From Candidatus Daviesbacteria bacterium (GTDB lineage Bacteria > Patescibacteriota > Microgenomatia > Daviesbacterales > UBA10151), in NCBI GenBank assembly GCA_030699125.1, contig JAUYKM010000014.1, positions 1 through 55,736 of the forward strand: DNA of 55,736 nt. The letters run 5' to 3'. Below the pieces are notes generated by a model that saw only the letters and a list, made by a program, of their open reading frames with translations, had not been told where the DNA came from and searched no databases. Shown here one piece after another: positions 1-9,707 of the stretch; the first letter of the stretch is position 1; every line of letters begins with the position of its first letter. The position numbers and the translations under genes are program-made.

Positions 1-2
1 TT

Positions 3-920
3 TGGCAAAGCTATAGAAATGTTGAAATTATTGTTGTTGATGACGGCAGTACAGATAATACATATGGGTATATAAAATCTAAATTTAAAGGAAAGGTTAA
101 GTATTTGAGAAATAAGATAAATAAAGGTCCGAATTATTCAATGAATTTGGGAATTGCAGCAAGCGATGGAGAGTACATACACTTGTTAGATAGTGATAGT
201 GAAATAATTAATAAGGATATGATAAGGAATATGGTTAAATTCTATAGCACTATTCCTAATGTAGGAACTTTAGGCGGGTACTTTAATATAAATTCAAAAA
301 TTAGCCAAGCGTTTGTAAATGAGAGTAGTGATTTAGTGTGTTTTGACTTAGACGAACCGAATGCCTTAAAAAAATGCGATATTGTATCATCATGTAATTT
401 ATTTGTAAAAAAAGAATTTGTTTATAAATATCGGGGTTTTGATGATTTTATAATTGGGGCGTGTCTAGAGGATGAATTTAATCTTATACTTAGAAAAAAT
501 GGTTTTGTTAATTATTTCGGACAAAGTATTTCCGTAACACACCACAAAGATGCATCTGAAAGGGATAATCTTGGAATAAAAGCAAATTTTGTTGACCCGC
601 AATTAAAAATTATGTTACGAATATTATATGGGGAAAGAAATTATTTAAGATATTACTTAAAAAATATGGGGATTAAGGCATTTCTAAGGGTTTATATCGT
701 TAGATTTTTCCCGGCTTACTTAATCCCTATATTAGCCTTTATAAAACAGTCTTTTACTGGCTTTAAAGATAAGAATATTAATAAATTAAGCTTAAAATCA
801 AAAATGGTTTATTTCTTATTTTTAATTAGATATTCAATAGACCCCTTTGCATGGAATATAATAAACTTTTATAAGATAAAAAAATATAGGAGCGTAAATT
901 TTATAGAGAACAAATTATAA
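3..920 (+). CDS. Glycosyltransferase family 2 (5' end lies outside the window)
   Basis: Frame is open from base 3: WQSYRNVEIIVVDDGSTDNT, later YIHLLDSD (DxD motif). Confidence 0.85.
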   Translation, partial: WQSYRNVEIIVVDDGSTDNTYGYIKSKFKGKVKYLRNKINKGPNYSMNLGIAASDGEYIHLLDSDSEIINKDMIRNMVKFYSTIPNVGTLGGYFNINSKISQAFVNESSDLVCFDLDEPNALKKCDIVSSCNLFVKKEFVYKYRGFDDFIIGACLEDEFNLILRKNGFVNYFGQSISVTHHKDASERDNLGIKANFVDPQLKIMLRILYGERNYLRYYLKNMGIKAFLRVYIVRFFPAYLIPILAFIKQSFTGFKDKNINKLSLKSKMVYFLFLIRYSIDPFAWNIINFYKIKKYRSVNFIENKL

Positions 921-930
921 TAATTTATTT

Positions 931-1650
931 TCACTTAGGAATAATTTCAGTAATTGCCTGATCTAATGTAACAATTGGGATTCCGCTATTTTTAATAACT
1001 GATAATTGTTTATCAAATTTTTCAGGAGATATGCCCCATTTATTTGGATTTTTTTCAATATTGTGATACAAAAAAACCAACCAGTAGTTATTTTTTTTCG
1101 CTTTATTTATCCAATCTACTATTTCTATAACCGAGGTATTATCGACGATTGTCATGGTGCGTATTTTATGAAGATTCAGATTCCATTTAGTATTATATCC
1201 TACTTGCGTTGTTCTGTTAGATCTATAATTTTTCTTTATTTGTGATAATACTGAATTATTATATATCCCGTAGGGAAGGGCAAAATCTCTTATAGGAATG
1301 TCAAGTAATTTTTGTAGATATCTCTGCGATTGTGATATTTCATCATATATTTTATGAGAACTGATGTCAGCAAGATTTGGGTGACTTACGCTATGTGAGC
1401 CGATATGATTTCCTGCTTTATATAGTACAGTAACTTCCTCTGGTAGCATTCCTCTTATTCCATCAAGTCTATCGGTAGTAATATAGAATGTACCAAGCAG
1501 CCCATATTTTTGCATGATCGGCCAGCCGTTTATAAATTGGGTTCTACTTGCATCATCAAATGTTAGGGTTAGGATTGGCCTATCCAGACCACCTTTAAGC
1601 GACAAATTTACCGAATGTATAAAAGATATAAAGATATATTTATTAAGCAT
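931..1650 (-). CDS. Polysaccharide deacetylase (NodB/CE4 family)
   Basis: TFDD, HSVSH, FALPYG and LYH motifs. Confidence 0.85.
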   Translation of the reverse strand: MLNKYIFISFIHSVNLSLKGGLDRPILTLTFDDASRTQFINGWPIMQKYGLLGTFYITTDRLDGIRGMLPEEVTVLYKAGNHIGSHSVSHPNLADISSHKIYDEISQSQRYLQKLLDIPIRDFALPYGIYNNSVLSQIKKNYRSNRTTQVGYNTKWNLNLHKIRTMTIVDNTSVIEIVDWINKAKKNNYWLVFLYHNIEKNPNKWGISPEKFDKQLSVIKNSGIPIVTLDQAITEIIPK

Positions 1651-1724
1651 TCATTTATAGATAAATTTCGAATTTACGCAGTAATTATGCTTAACGCATA
1701 AGTATATTACCATCTTTTCACCTT

Positions 1725-2927
1725 CTATAAATACAACTTTTTATTTTGAATAATTGTATTGTATATTTTTAGAATTTTTTTTATGTGACTTTTTGGTCCT
1801 AATTTGTCTTTAACAATTTTTAAATTTATTTCGCCCATTTTTCTAGCAAGAGTTTTATTTGTGTGCAATAAAATTATTTTTTCCGCTATTTTATTAAAGT
1901 CGAATCTGTTTACTAAAAACCCATTTTGTCCGTCTATAATATGATCTTTTACGCCTGCATTGTCAGAAACTATTATTGGCTTACCAAAACTCATTGCCTC
2001 GTATACTACTATTGGACCAGTTTCCTTCCATAAACTAGGGCTAGCTAAACAGAAAGAATACTTAAAGTACTTACTTATTTTATTATTGTTAATTTCTCCA
2101 AGGAATTTAATATTTTTTTCTATTTTAAGTTTTTTAGCTAAGTATCTTAAATTTTCTTCCTCAGGCCCTCTTCCAACAATGCTTAATTTTATTTTCTTGT
2201 TTTTATCTAAAACAAGCCTTAATACTTTTAATAAATATTTAACGCCTTTTTGTGCATGTAATCTTCCCACGTATAAGATTGTATCTGATTTCTTAGTAAT
2301 CATTTTAGGTTTAAAATTTGTGAAGTAAGGTAAATAGATAGCGTTTGTAAATCCAGCATTTATTAATGATTTGTATAACTCTTTTGAGGGGCAGATGAAG
2401 AATTTAATTAATAATTTTTTAATTAGTATATCGTTAAATAAAAGAAAATCTACTAAATAAGTTTGCAGCTTGAAGTCACTGTTTTTGAAGCATTTAAAGC
2501 TTCTGCTGTGTTTGCCATCGCATACGAAGTAATAATTTTTGTTTTTGTAGTTGCACAATGGGCAAAGAAAACCAAAATCATGCACAGTCATAATCTTTTT
2601 ATAGCCTATACACGCAAGTAATATAGTTTTTGATGCCTTGTTAATATTGTTGAGATGTATAATGTCGGGTTCTACTTTTAGTATATAATTTCTTATTTTG
2701 TAGTAAAGCTTGAGATTTATTAAATTTTGAGAGAAAAACCACTGAAGTTTATTTTGAAATTTATTATTAAGTACTATTGGATCTTTATTTTCAATGTGAT
2801 GTTCCTCAGATAAATATAGCTTAAAGACTTTATGTCCGAGATTTTTTAGCTCTCTTGATAGACTATTTATGTAAACTTTTTCTCCACCTATGCCTTCATA
2901 AGAATCATTTATTAGCAAAATTTTCAT
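1725..2927 (-). CDS. Glycosyltransferase family 4
   Basis: GGEK N-terminus, YVGRL..QKG, ETGPIVVYEAMSFGKPII. Confidence 0.9.
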   Translation of the reverse strand: MKILLINDSYEGIGGEKVYINSLSRELKNLGHKVFKLYLSEEHHIENKDPIVLNNKFQNKLQWFFSQNLINLKLYYKIRNYILKVEPDIIHLNNINKASKTILLACIGYKKIMTVHDFGFLCPLCNYKNKNYYFVCDGKHSRSFKCFKNSDFKLQTYLVDFLLFNDILIKKLLIKFFICPSKELYKSLINAGFTNAIYLPYFTNFKPKMITKKSDTILYVGRLHAQKGVKYLLKVLRLVLDKNKKIKLSIVGRGPEEENLRYLAKKLKIEKNIKFLGEINNNKISKYFKYSFCLASPSLWKETGPIVVYEAMSFGKPIIVSDNAGVKDHIIDGQNGFLVNRFDFNKIAEKIILLHTNKTLARKMGEINLKIVKDKLGPKSHIKKILKIYNTIIQNKKLYL

Positions 2928-2930
2928 AAA

Positions 2931-3791
2931 TTAAATGAGTGCCCAAATTATACCTAATCTCCAGGATAATTCTGATATAAGTAAAAATGAAGATTCGCCA
3001 ATAGGTTTTTTTATAAACTGAAGTGTAAGCCAAATAGGAAATGAAAAAAAGTTTTTAAGTGATATACTTTCAAACATAAAATGTTTTTTTTCAAAACCGC
3101 TATTTTTGTATTTCTTATATATTTTTGTAGTCCAGAATCCTTTGTTAAAGTTTGATAGGATCGTCTTTATGAAGGAACTTTTGTGGTTGTGTCCTACTTT
3201 TAATAAGGGGATAAATCTTATCTTTGTTTCCTTTTTCAGCCGAAGGTAGAGATCTAGGTCTTCAAAATTTTCTAAATTTGCATCAAACATTATTTTTTTA
3301 ATTGTTGAGGATTTAATTGCAAAATTTTTGGTGTCGATGTGATTTATGTATCTGCCTTCAGTGGTTCTTTTTAGAAATTCTTCATTTGCTTTTTGGATAT
3401 TTCTGGTCCAGTAATTTTTTATCAGGTCTTTTTCTGATCCAATTACAGCGACCTCATTTCCGTATATTATTGGCGCTGTAAGTTTTTGGAGCCAATTTTT
3501 TGGAACAATACAATCTGCGTCAGTCATGGTAATAATTTTTCCAGTCGCAGCTTTAATACCGGCATTTCTTGCAGCTCCTCTGGATATATATTCTTCAAAA
3601 ATATATTTAATATTTTTCTGTTTAAAACTTTTTATTATCTCCTTGGTTCTGTCATTTGAATTATTATTAACAATAATCACTTCATAATTTTTATAAGCTT
3701 GGTCCAAAACTGACTCTAGGCATTGTCTTAACGTCTTTTCTCCATTATATACCGGAATTATTACTGAAACTTTTTTTTTTGAATTGTTCAT
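2931..3791 (-). CDS. Glycosyltransferase family 2
   Basis: VSVIIPVYN, ARNAG, TDADC. Confidence 0.9.
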   Translation of the reverse strand: MNNSKKKVSVIIPVYNGEKTLRQCLESVLDQAYKNYEVIIVNNNSNDRTKEIIKSFKQKNIKYIFEEYISRGAARNAGIKAATGKIITMTDADCIVPKNWLQKLTAPIIYGNEVAVIGSEKDLIKNYWTRNIQKANEEFLKRTTEGRYINHIDTKNFAIKSSTIKKIMFDANLENFEDLDLYLRLKKETKIRFIPLLKVGHNHKSSFIKTILSNFNKGFWTTKIYKKYKNSGFEKKHFMFESISLKNFFSFPIWLTLQFIKKPIGESSFLLISELSWRLGIIWALI

Positions 3792-4525
3792 TTTTTTATT
3801 CTTTTAATTAAAAAATATAATGTAGGATTATGGCGTTTCAAAAAGACGCCACATAAGCCAATAGCTCTATCTATTGCTAGGTAGATAGGCAATATTTCTA
3901 TCTCAAAAAGGTTTAATTTATTTTCTAATCTTTCTGTGAGATTTGCTCCTTTATATTTTATTGCATATGTAATTGTATCTACTTTTTTTATTTCTACAAA
4001 TCTTTTTGAGTTATAGATATTTTCCTTAACGACCTTAGTTGGGCCCTTCGTATAATGATATATCGGCTTCTGACTATCATGAAAGGCAATTATTCCTCCA
4101 TTGATAAGATGCTTTTCCCAAAGCAGAAAATCCATTTTTACATATTCATAATCATGCCTTCCATCTATCCACAACAAGCTTATTGGTTTTTGCCAATTCT
4201 TAGCTGCTTGTTTTGAGGTCTTAACAATTGGAGTAATCCAATCATCAATTTTCGCATTTTTTATATTTTTTTTAAATATATTGAATATTCTCTTTTTTTT
4301 TCTGGGCAATATGCTAAAAGGATCTACAGCATAAACCTTACCCTTTTTGTTAATTTTTGCTGATTTTGCAAGAAGAATTGTAGATCCCCCTTTATAAGAT
4401 CCAATTTCAACAATTACTCCTACGCTTGGAATTTTTCCTGGTAATGAATATAATAATTCCCCTTCTTTTAGAGTTAAAAGTGCTTCCGCGTCCTCCATTA
4501 TTTTTTTAATAACTTGCTTATTCAT
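3788..4525 (-). CDS. Class I SAM-dependent methyltransferase (Methyltransf_24-like)
   Basis: VEIGSYKGGST, IDGRHDYE, GGIIAFHD. Confidence 0.85.
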   Translation of the reverse strand: MNKQVIKKIMEDAEALLTLKEGELLYSLPGKIPSVGVIVEIGSYKGGSTILLAKSAKINKKGKVYAVDPFSILPRKKKRIFNIFKKNIKNAKIDDWITPIVKTSKQAAKNWQKPISLLWIDGRHDYEYVKMDFLLWEKHLINGGIIAFHDSQKPIYHYTKGPTKVVKENIYNSKRFVEIKKVDTITYAIKYKGANLTERLENKLNLFEIEILPIYLAIDRAIGLCGVFLKRHNPTLYFLIKRIKK

Positions 4526-5604
4526 TATTTAATTATCTTTCTGATTTTTTTAACGAATATTTTTGTATCGAATTTTTTGGCTTGTTCCAGACATGCATCT
4601 TTATATTTTTCCGGACTTTTGCCGAGTTTTTCAATAGCTGATTTTAATTTTTCAGCATTTATGTCGTCTAGTAATAGTCCTGTTTTACCATGAATGATTG
4701 TTTCTTTAAAACCTCCCTCATTTGGAGCAATAACCGGTTTGCCGGATGCCATTGCCTCCACTGCAACCATGCCAAAATCCTCATCCTGGGCTGTGGTTAT
4801 AAACCCTTTACAGTTAGCGTAAAGGTCAATTAATTTTTTAGCCGTTACCCAGCTTAAAATTTCCACATTTTTAGGTTGATGAGCCTTGATAAGCTTCGCA
4901 TATTGCTTAAAATGGCGTGACTGCTCGTAGCTTCCGACTATAATCAGGTTTTCCTTTGGTAATTGTTTAAAAGCTTCCAGTTGCATCTCAATCCGCTTAT
5001 GAGTTATAAGCCGGTTAACGCTTAACCAGAAGTTTCCGTTTTCCCGAAAATAAAATTGTTTCGTCTCGATCGGCGGATAAATAACAACTGCATCTCTTTT
5101 AAGGAAATCACAGACCCGTTTTTTTGTATTATTTGAATTACAAATTATTTTATTGACAGACTTTACGTATTTTTTATTTAACATACGGTTATAGTAGACC
5201 CAAATATCAAAAAGGCTCCTAGCATACCAAGGTACACTATTTTTCCTTGTAAATTCGTGTAAATCCCAAATTTCTCTGATTGGAGAGTGAACATACCATA
5301 AATTGGGCTGATTATTTACTGCAGCCGACATTGCCCAGTCACCGCTGATTATGTAAAGATCATATTTTTTACCTAAATTTAGTTTTCTAAATTTCATTAG
5401 GGCTGATTGCTGCCTGAATGGGGCGTTTGCAGGAACATTTCCAATTGACTTAAATTTAATGTTTTTAAAGCCCATTTTTGCAATTTTCCCGGTATCTATA
5501 TTTGTTGTATACAAATCGGCTTTTAGTTCGCGGGCAAGGGTAAGGCTTACTTTCTCTGCTCCCCCTATGTTATCCATAAAATTATGCAGGATGGCTATTT
5601 TCAT
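4525..5604 (-). CDS. Glycosyltransferase family 4
   Basis: GGAEKV, EDFGMVAVEAMASGKPVIA. Confidence 0.9.
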   Translation of the reverse strand: MKIAILHNFMDNIGGAEKVSLTLARELKADLYTTNIDTGKIAKMGFKNIKFKSIGNVPANAPFRQQSALMKFRKLNLGKKYDLYIISGDWAMSAAVNNQPNLWYVHSPIREIWDLHEFTRKNSVPWYARSLFDIWVYYNRMLNKKYVKSVNKIICNSNNTKKRVCDFLKRDAVVIYPPIETKQFYFRENGNFWLSVNRLITHKRIEMQLEAFKQLPKENLIIVGSYEQSRHFKQYAKLIKAHQPKNVEILSWVTAKKLIDLYANCKGFITTAQDEDFGMVAVEAMASGKPVIAPNEGGFKETIIHGKTGLLLDDINAEKLKSAIEKLGKSPEKYKDACLEQAKKFDTKIFVKKIRKIIK

Positions 5605-5622
5605 ACAAAAATCCGATTTTTA

Positions 5623-5821
5623 TAATAAGTTCAAATTATAGCGGCCATCACCAGCAGCAAGATTCAGCCATTGACCATGAATTTCGATCCTTCTTAAGAC
5701 TTCCAAGGTATCTTTATCGCCAGTCCCCCAAATTGAAGTGACTGGTTTCAAAATAGTTAATTCCTCTGGTGAAGATATACTTATCTTCTTTTGCTTCGTA
5801 GGGTTTTGTTATTTTCTTCAT
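5623..5821 (-). pseudogene. Frameshifted, truncated SAM-methyltransferase remnant
   Basis: ATG at 5821 (MKKITKPYE...) stops early; a shifted frame reads SIWGTGDKDTLEVL...WLNLAAGDGRYNLNLL*, resembling motif I. Confidence 0.5.
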
Positions 5822-5826
5822 AAAGC

Positions 5827-5980
5827 TTATTTTATTAAGTGTCTTTTTAAAAAAGCTCTTCCGGAACCTGATTTTAAATATTTTTCAAAATTGAAAGCAA
5901 CATACTTATCTATCTTTCAGATTATCGGTACAGCCAATATAGAAACCACCAGAACATTTTAAACTATAGACATAATACAT
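5827..5980 (-). pseudogene. Small GIY-YIG nuclease with internal deletion/frameshift
   Basis: MYYVYSLKCSGGFYIGCTDNLKDR*, then in another frame DKYVAFNFEKYLKSGSGRAFLKRHLIK*; both ends are typical of small GIY-YIG proteins. Confidence 0.75.
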
Positions 5981-6007
5981 ATTTAGATCTACCAATTTTA
6001 AAGGTTA

Positions 6008-6072
6008 AAGGTCGCCTTCGCGAACCTTCTTGCGGACTTTGTCACGCCGAAGGTCCGCTTCGGCGGACCGAA
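6008..6072. repeat. GC-rich hairpins just 3' of tRNA-Ser(TGA) (REP-like or terminator)
   Basis: GGTCCGC-TTCG-GCGGACC at 6052-6069; imperfect AAGGTCGC-CTTC-GCGAACCTT at 6008-6028. Confidence 0.5.
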
Positions 6073-6074
6073 GG

Positions 6075-6162
6075 CGGAGGGGGTGAGATTCGAACTCACG
6101 GTTGACTTTCGTCAACATTGGTTTTCAAGACCAACCTGATAAACCACTCCAAGCACCCCTCC
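6075..6162 (-). tRNA. tRNA-Ser(TGA)
   Basis: GGAGGGG/CCCCTCC acceptor stem, CT-TGA-AA loop, long variable arm, GTTCGAATC T-arm; CCA not encoded. Confidence 0.95.
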
Positions 6163-6167
6163 GTATG

Positions 6168-6251
6168 CGGTGGGTACAGGATTCGAACCTGTGTGACATT
6201 GCTGCCAACGGTTTAGCGAACCGTCTCCTTAAACCACTCGGACAACCCACC
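6168..6251 (-). tRNA. tRNA-Ser(GCT)
   Basis: GGTGGGT/ACCCACC acceptor stem, ACGGT-TCGCTAA-ACCGT anticodon arm, variable arm, GGTTCGAATCC. Confidence 0.9.
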
Positions 6252-6282
6252 GTATAAGCAATTTTAACAGAATCCAGCTTCA

Positions 6283-6984
6283 CTATCTAGCCAGAGTGAT
6301 AGCCCACACTTTTTTAGCTCCTGCTCTTTTTAAAATCCAGCAACATTCTCTAAGAGTTGAGCCGGTAGTCCAGACATCATCTATTAACAAACAATTTTCA
6401 TTTTTCAATTTACAATTTTCAACTATTTCAAATGCATTTTTGATGTTTTGATGACGCTGTCTGCTATTGAGTTTAGCTTGAGATTTGGTATAGCGTACTC
6501 TTTTTAGCGCATCCAGATATTTTAAACCTAGTTTTTGGGCCAAAGATTGTCCAATTAAAGAAGACTGATTAAATCCCCGGTCATTTTCTCTCCACCAGTA
6601 AAGCGGTACTGGCACCAGGGCCCAACCCGCTCCTTGATCCTTTTTAATTTGATCTAACACAAATGGCTGATATTTAACCCAATACTCCAAAGTTAAATTA
6701 ACTAACACATCCGACAATTCTTTGATTCTTTTATACTTTAACTTTTGAATGGCAGATCTTAAAGGATCCTGATATATCCCCAGGCTCCACAGTCCATCCA
6801 GACCAAATCTTCTTCTGCAAATGGGATGAGTCTGCCCTCCCATGGCTAAATCCTCACATCTGGGACAAACTAACTCTCCCTGTCTGATATTCCTGATGCA
6901 ATCCTCACAAAGATAGCCTCCATCCCTGCTACATCCAACGCATTTTTTGGGAAATAAAATATCTAGTAAGAAGTTGATTTTCAC
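6283..6984 (-). CDS. comF: ComF family competence protein (Zn-finger plus PRTase-like domain)
   Basis: LFPKKCVGC...CEDC, RGFNQS, LLIDDVWTTGST; start set at GTG 6984 to avoid overlap with tmRNA. Confidence 0.9.
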   Translation of the reverse strand: MKINFLLDILFPKKCVGCSRDGGYLCEDCIRNIRQGELVCPRCEDLAMGGQTHPICRRRFGLDGLWSLGIYQDPLRSAIQKLKYKRIKELSDVLVNLTLEYWVKYQPFVLDQIKKDQGAGWALVPVPLYWWRENDRGFNQSSLIGQSLAQKLGLKYLDALKRVRYTKSQAKLNSRQRHQNIKNAFEIVENCKLKNENCLLIDDVWTTGSTLRECCWILKRAGAKKVWAITLAR

Positions 6985-7010
6985 CCCATAATATGGTAAT
7001 ATATTGGCTC

Positions 7011-7373
7011 GGGGATGTATAGTTTCGATAGAATTGCTCTTTAAAAACTGCAAGCCGTTAAGGAAACATTAAACGTATAAATATTGTTTCAAAATACAAA
7101 CGCCAATCTTTTTGGTGTTTTCAATAAGCAACCAGCATACGCTGTAGCTTAAAGATGTTTTAGGGTAGCTTCAAGACGTATCCTTAAGATAAGTACCAAG
7201 TCTTGATGCAGCTTCTGATATCTAATCCATAATCATAAGCCAAGCTTGTTGGATTAAGTATTAACCTTCCTGTTTATGGGTTACAAGTTAATACTCAAAA
7301 AATACATAAACTAAGCTTGTAGAAGTTTTTTAAGAATCTTTTCTAGACGGGGGTGCAAAACCCCCCATCTCCA
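7011..7373 (+). ncRNA. ssrA: tmRNA
   Basis: 5' GGGGATG pairs with 3' CATCTCC-A (G3:U70); T-arm GGGGG-TGCAAAA-CCCCC; tag ORF 7102-7152 ANLFGVFNKQPAYAVA*; adjacent to smpB. Confidence 0.92.
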
Positions 7374-7380
7374 CCCATTT

Positions 7381-7821
7381 TTATTCTTTTCCTCTTAATT
7401 CCTGTTCCACCCGCCTGACATGATCCCTTTCTTTAACAACCTTTCTTTTATCAAATTCTTTTTTGGACTTTCCCAAACCCACTTCCAGTTTAAATTTATT
7501 ATTTTTCTCATAAATGGCAACTGGCACAAGAGTGGTGGATTTTCCTGATACTTTAGATGTTAATGAATCTATTTGATCTTTGTGCAACAGCAGTTTTCTG
7601 GATTTAGTAGCATCATAGTCTTTTTGAGAAGACTCTTGGAATTTGGGAATATTGGCATTAACCAAATATGCTTCCCCGTTTAAGATTCTGACATAGGCCT
7701 CACCTAAATCTATCCTACCGGCTCTAATTGATTTAACCTCAGCCCCGGACAGCACAATTCCAGCTTCAATCCGTTCCAAAATATGATAGTTATGAAGGGC
7801 TTTTTTGTTAACAATTTTCAA
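7381..7821 (-). CDS. smpB: SsrA-binding protein
   Basis: NKKALHNY, EAGIVLSGAEVKSIR, RKLLLHK, GKSKKEFDKR. Confidence 0.97.
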   Translation of the reverse strand: MKIVNKKALHNYHILERIEAGIVLSGAEVKSIRAGRIDLGEAYVRILNGEAYLVNANIPKFQESSQKDYDATKSRKLLLHKDQIDSLTSKVSGKSTTLVPVAIYEKNNKFKLEVGLGKSKKEFDKRKVVKERDHVRRVEQELRGKE

Positions 7822-7825
7822 GGGA

Positions 7826-9697
7826 TTATTGCTCTTCTTCTGTTTGTTCTTCCTCAGGCGCCTGCAAATCTACTACATAAATTTTTGAACCTTCCAGAAG
7901 ATAAATCTTTTTCCCTACCTCATCCACTACCAAATCTGTAGCTGTGGAGAATTTATTGCCGGCAATCTGGCTCCTGTATACTCCGTCTTTGGCCAGTACT
8001 AACAATCTGGAGTTTCCTGAATCCAAAACATAGAGATTATCAGTATCTTGAGAGGTAAAGAAGCTTTTAGGATCTTTCACTCCCTTGTCCAGTCCTTGAT
8101 AGGTAAAATTATCTTTATTTCCTCTGGTAAATCTTAAAATCTCTCCATTTGATTTTAGAACATAGATTGATGATTCAATCTGCATTCTGCTACTGTCAGA
8201 AAGATCCGCTTCCACATCATCTTTTAAGTAAGAGCTTTTATCTGCATATCCTGATGCAACAGGCACATATTTCCAAATCTGTCCGCCAGCTGGCGGACTG
8301 GAATCTAAAATGTACGCATTTGATCCAAAACTGCCAATATCGGCAATTTCACCCCATTCTTTATCCGCTTCAGCGACCGCAGTTTGTTCTTTACTTTTGA
8401 CATCAGTTCTAATTACTCCTTTATCAGAAGCAAAACTGAAGGCAAAGTTATTATTTAGGATTGCCAGGGAGGCATCACCCAACTGCTCCCCACCTGCCAA
8501 AATCTCATTACTTTTTTGAGAAATATCAACTAAAAGCAGGGTTTTAGTCTGCGGGTCCAAAAGCAAGATATTGCCGGAAGATAAACTCATCTGCTTGGCT
8601 TGAAAACCTTCTTTGGCCAATCCTAAATCCAAGAAAACAGGAAACTCAGATGCTTCAAATTGCTGCAAAATTGATTTTTCCTCTTCATTAATTTGATTTT
8701 GCAGATCCTTAGCCTCACCCTCATTGGGTTTTAGACTTAAGGCTTGCTGCAAATTGGCCTTGGCTGAATCCAGCTTTGTTTTTGCCTCCACCGGATTTAA
8801 GCTTTTGAGCCCTTTGGCAGCTTCAAAATCATCCCTGGAGGATTGGATTAATTGGTTAAACTGAGCATCTCTTTGCTGATCTTTGGCTTGTTTATAATTT
8901 AGCCCCACCCCGATAGCAATTATGACAATTAAGATAACGGCCAACAACAGTCTGCCTCTGCCGCTCGTGGGGAAAAATCTGCCTAACTTCTTAAAAATAG
9001 TTAAAATACCTCCTAGTTTAGTGAGTACTTTTGTCGCTATTTTTTCTCCCTCAGTTGCTTTCACCTCCACTTTTTCTAAATCCTCTTCTTCCTGGGCAAG
9101 CGGGGGAATAGCAGCAGCCTCCTCTCCTTCTACTTCAACCTCAACTAAAACACCGGCCAAGCCTTGGCTTTCAGACTCCTGGCTGCCAATTTTTCCGGAA
9201 ATCTCTTCTTCAAAATTATCAATAGATAAATCCAAAGCTTTATCTAAATCATCTGATAAAAAGCTAACCATGCTTTTAGTGGCAAAGAGCACTTTATCGC
9301 TTTCTTCTAAAAATCCGGAGATTAACTGGCCCTCTGAACCAACGCTTAAAAGCGGTGAGCGTTGACCTGCTCTTTTTAAGTAAACCTCAACCTCTCCCTT
9401 ACCAATAAGATATAGTACCTTGCCGGAAAAGGAACCAACAATTAGCTGATATTCATCCTGTGATAATAATTTGGCCGCCTCGTCAGAAGTGGCTCTCAAT
9501 TTTTCCGCAGGTGTGCCTTCAAATTCAAAATAAAAATCAGCAATCTCAGAGAGAATCTGTCTGCCTTTGGTAAAAGCATCATCTGATATTAGCTCCAAAA
9601 CCGCCGCGAAAGCCTCACTGTCACGCTCAGACGAGATGACCTGGGCAGCTTTTTGGTCAGTATTTAGTCCTTGTACTTTAGCAAATTTTAATAGCAT
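7826..9697 (-). CDS. Membrane-anchored hypothetical protein (possible degenerate PP2C-like N-domain, one TM helix, C-terminal beta-propeller)
   Basis: 623 aa; TM LLLAVILIVIIAIGVGL; NHL-like blades such as LYVLDSGNSRLLVL. Confidence 0.6.
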   Translation of the reverse strand: MLLKFAKVQGLNTDQKAAQVISSERDSEAFAAVLELISDDAFTKGRQILSEIADFYFEFEGTPAEKLRATSDEAAKLLSQDEYQLIVGSFSGKVLYLIGKGEVEVYLKRAGQRSPLLSVGSEGQLISGFLEESDKVLFATKSMVSFLSDDLDKALDLSIDNFEEEISGKIGSQESESQGLAGVLVEVEVEGEEAAAIPPLAQEEEDLEKVEVKATEGEKIATKVLTKLGGILTIFKKLGRFFPTSGRGRLLLAVILIVIIAIGVGLNYKQAKDQQRDAQFNQLIQSSRDDFEAAKGLKSLNPVEAKTKLDSAKANLQQALSLKPNEGEAKDLQNQINEEEKSILQQFEASEFPVFLDLGLAKEGFQAKQMSLSSGNILLLDPQTKTLLLVDISQKSNEILAGGEQLGDASLAILNNNFAFSFASDKGVIRTDVKSKEQTAVAEADKEWGEIADIGSFGSNAYILDSSPPAGGQIWKYVPVASGYADKSSYLKDDVEADLSDSSRMQIESSIYVLKSNGEILRFTRGNKDNFTYQGLDKGVKDPKSFFTSQDTDNLYVLDSGNSRLLVLAKDGVYRSQIAGNKFSTATDLVVDEVGKKIYLLEGSKIYVVDLQAPEEEQTEEEQ

Positions 9698-9707
9698 AGT
9701 TACCTCC

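Noticed and set aside
6985-7053. N-terminal extension of comF in the ORF track
   Set aside because: It overlaps the tmRNA 5' end; the ComF-like sequence begins near 6984.
8922-9365. This and other short antisense ORFs inside long genes
   Set aside because: Shadow ORFs of well-supported opposite-strand genes, with no motifs.
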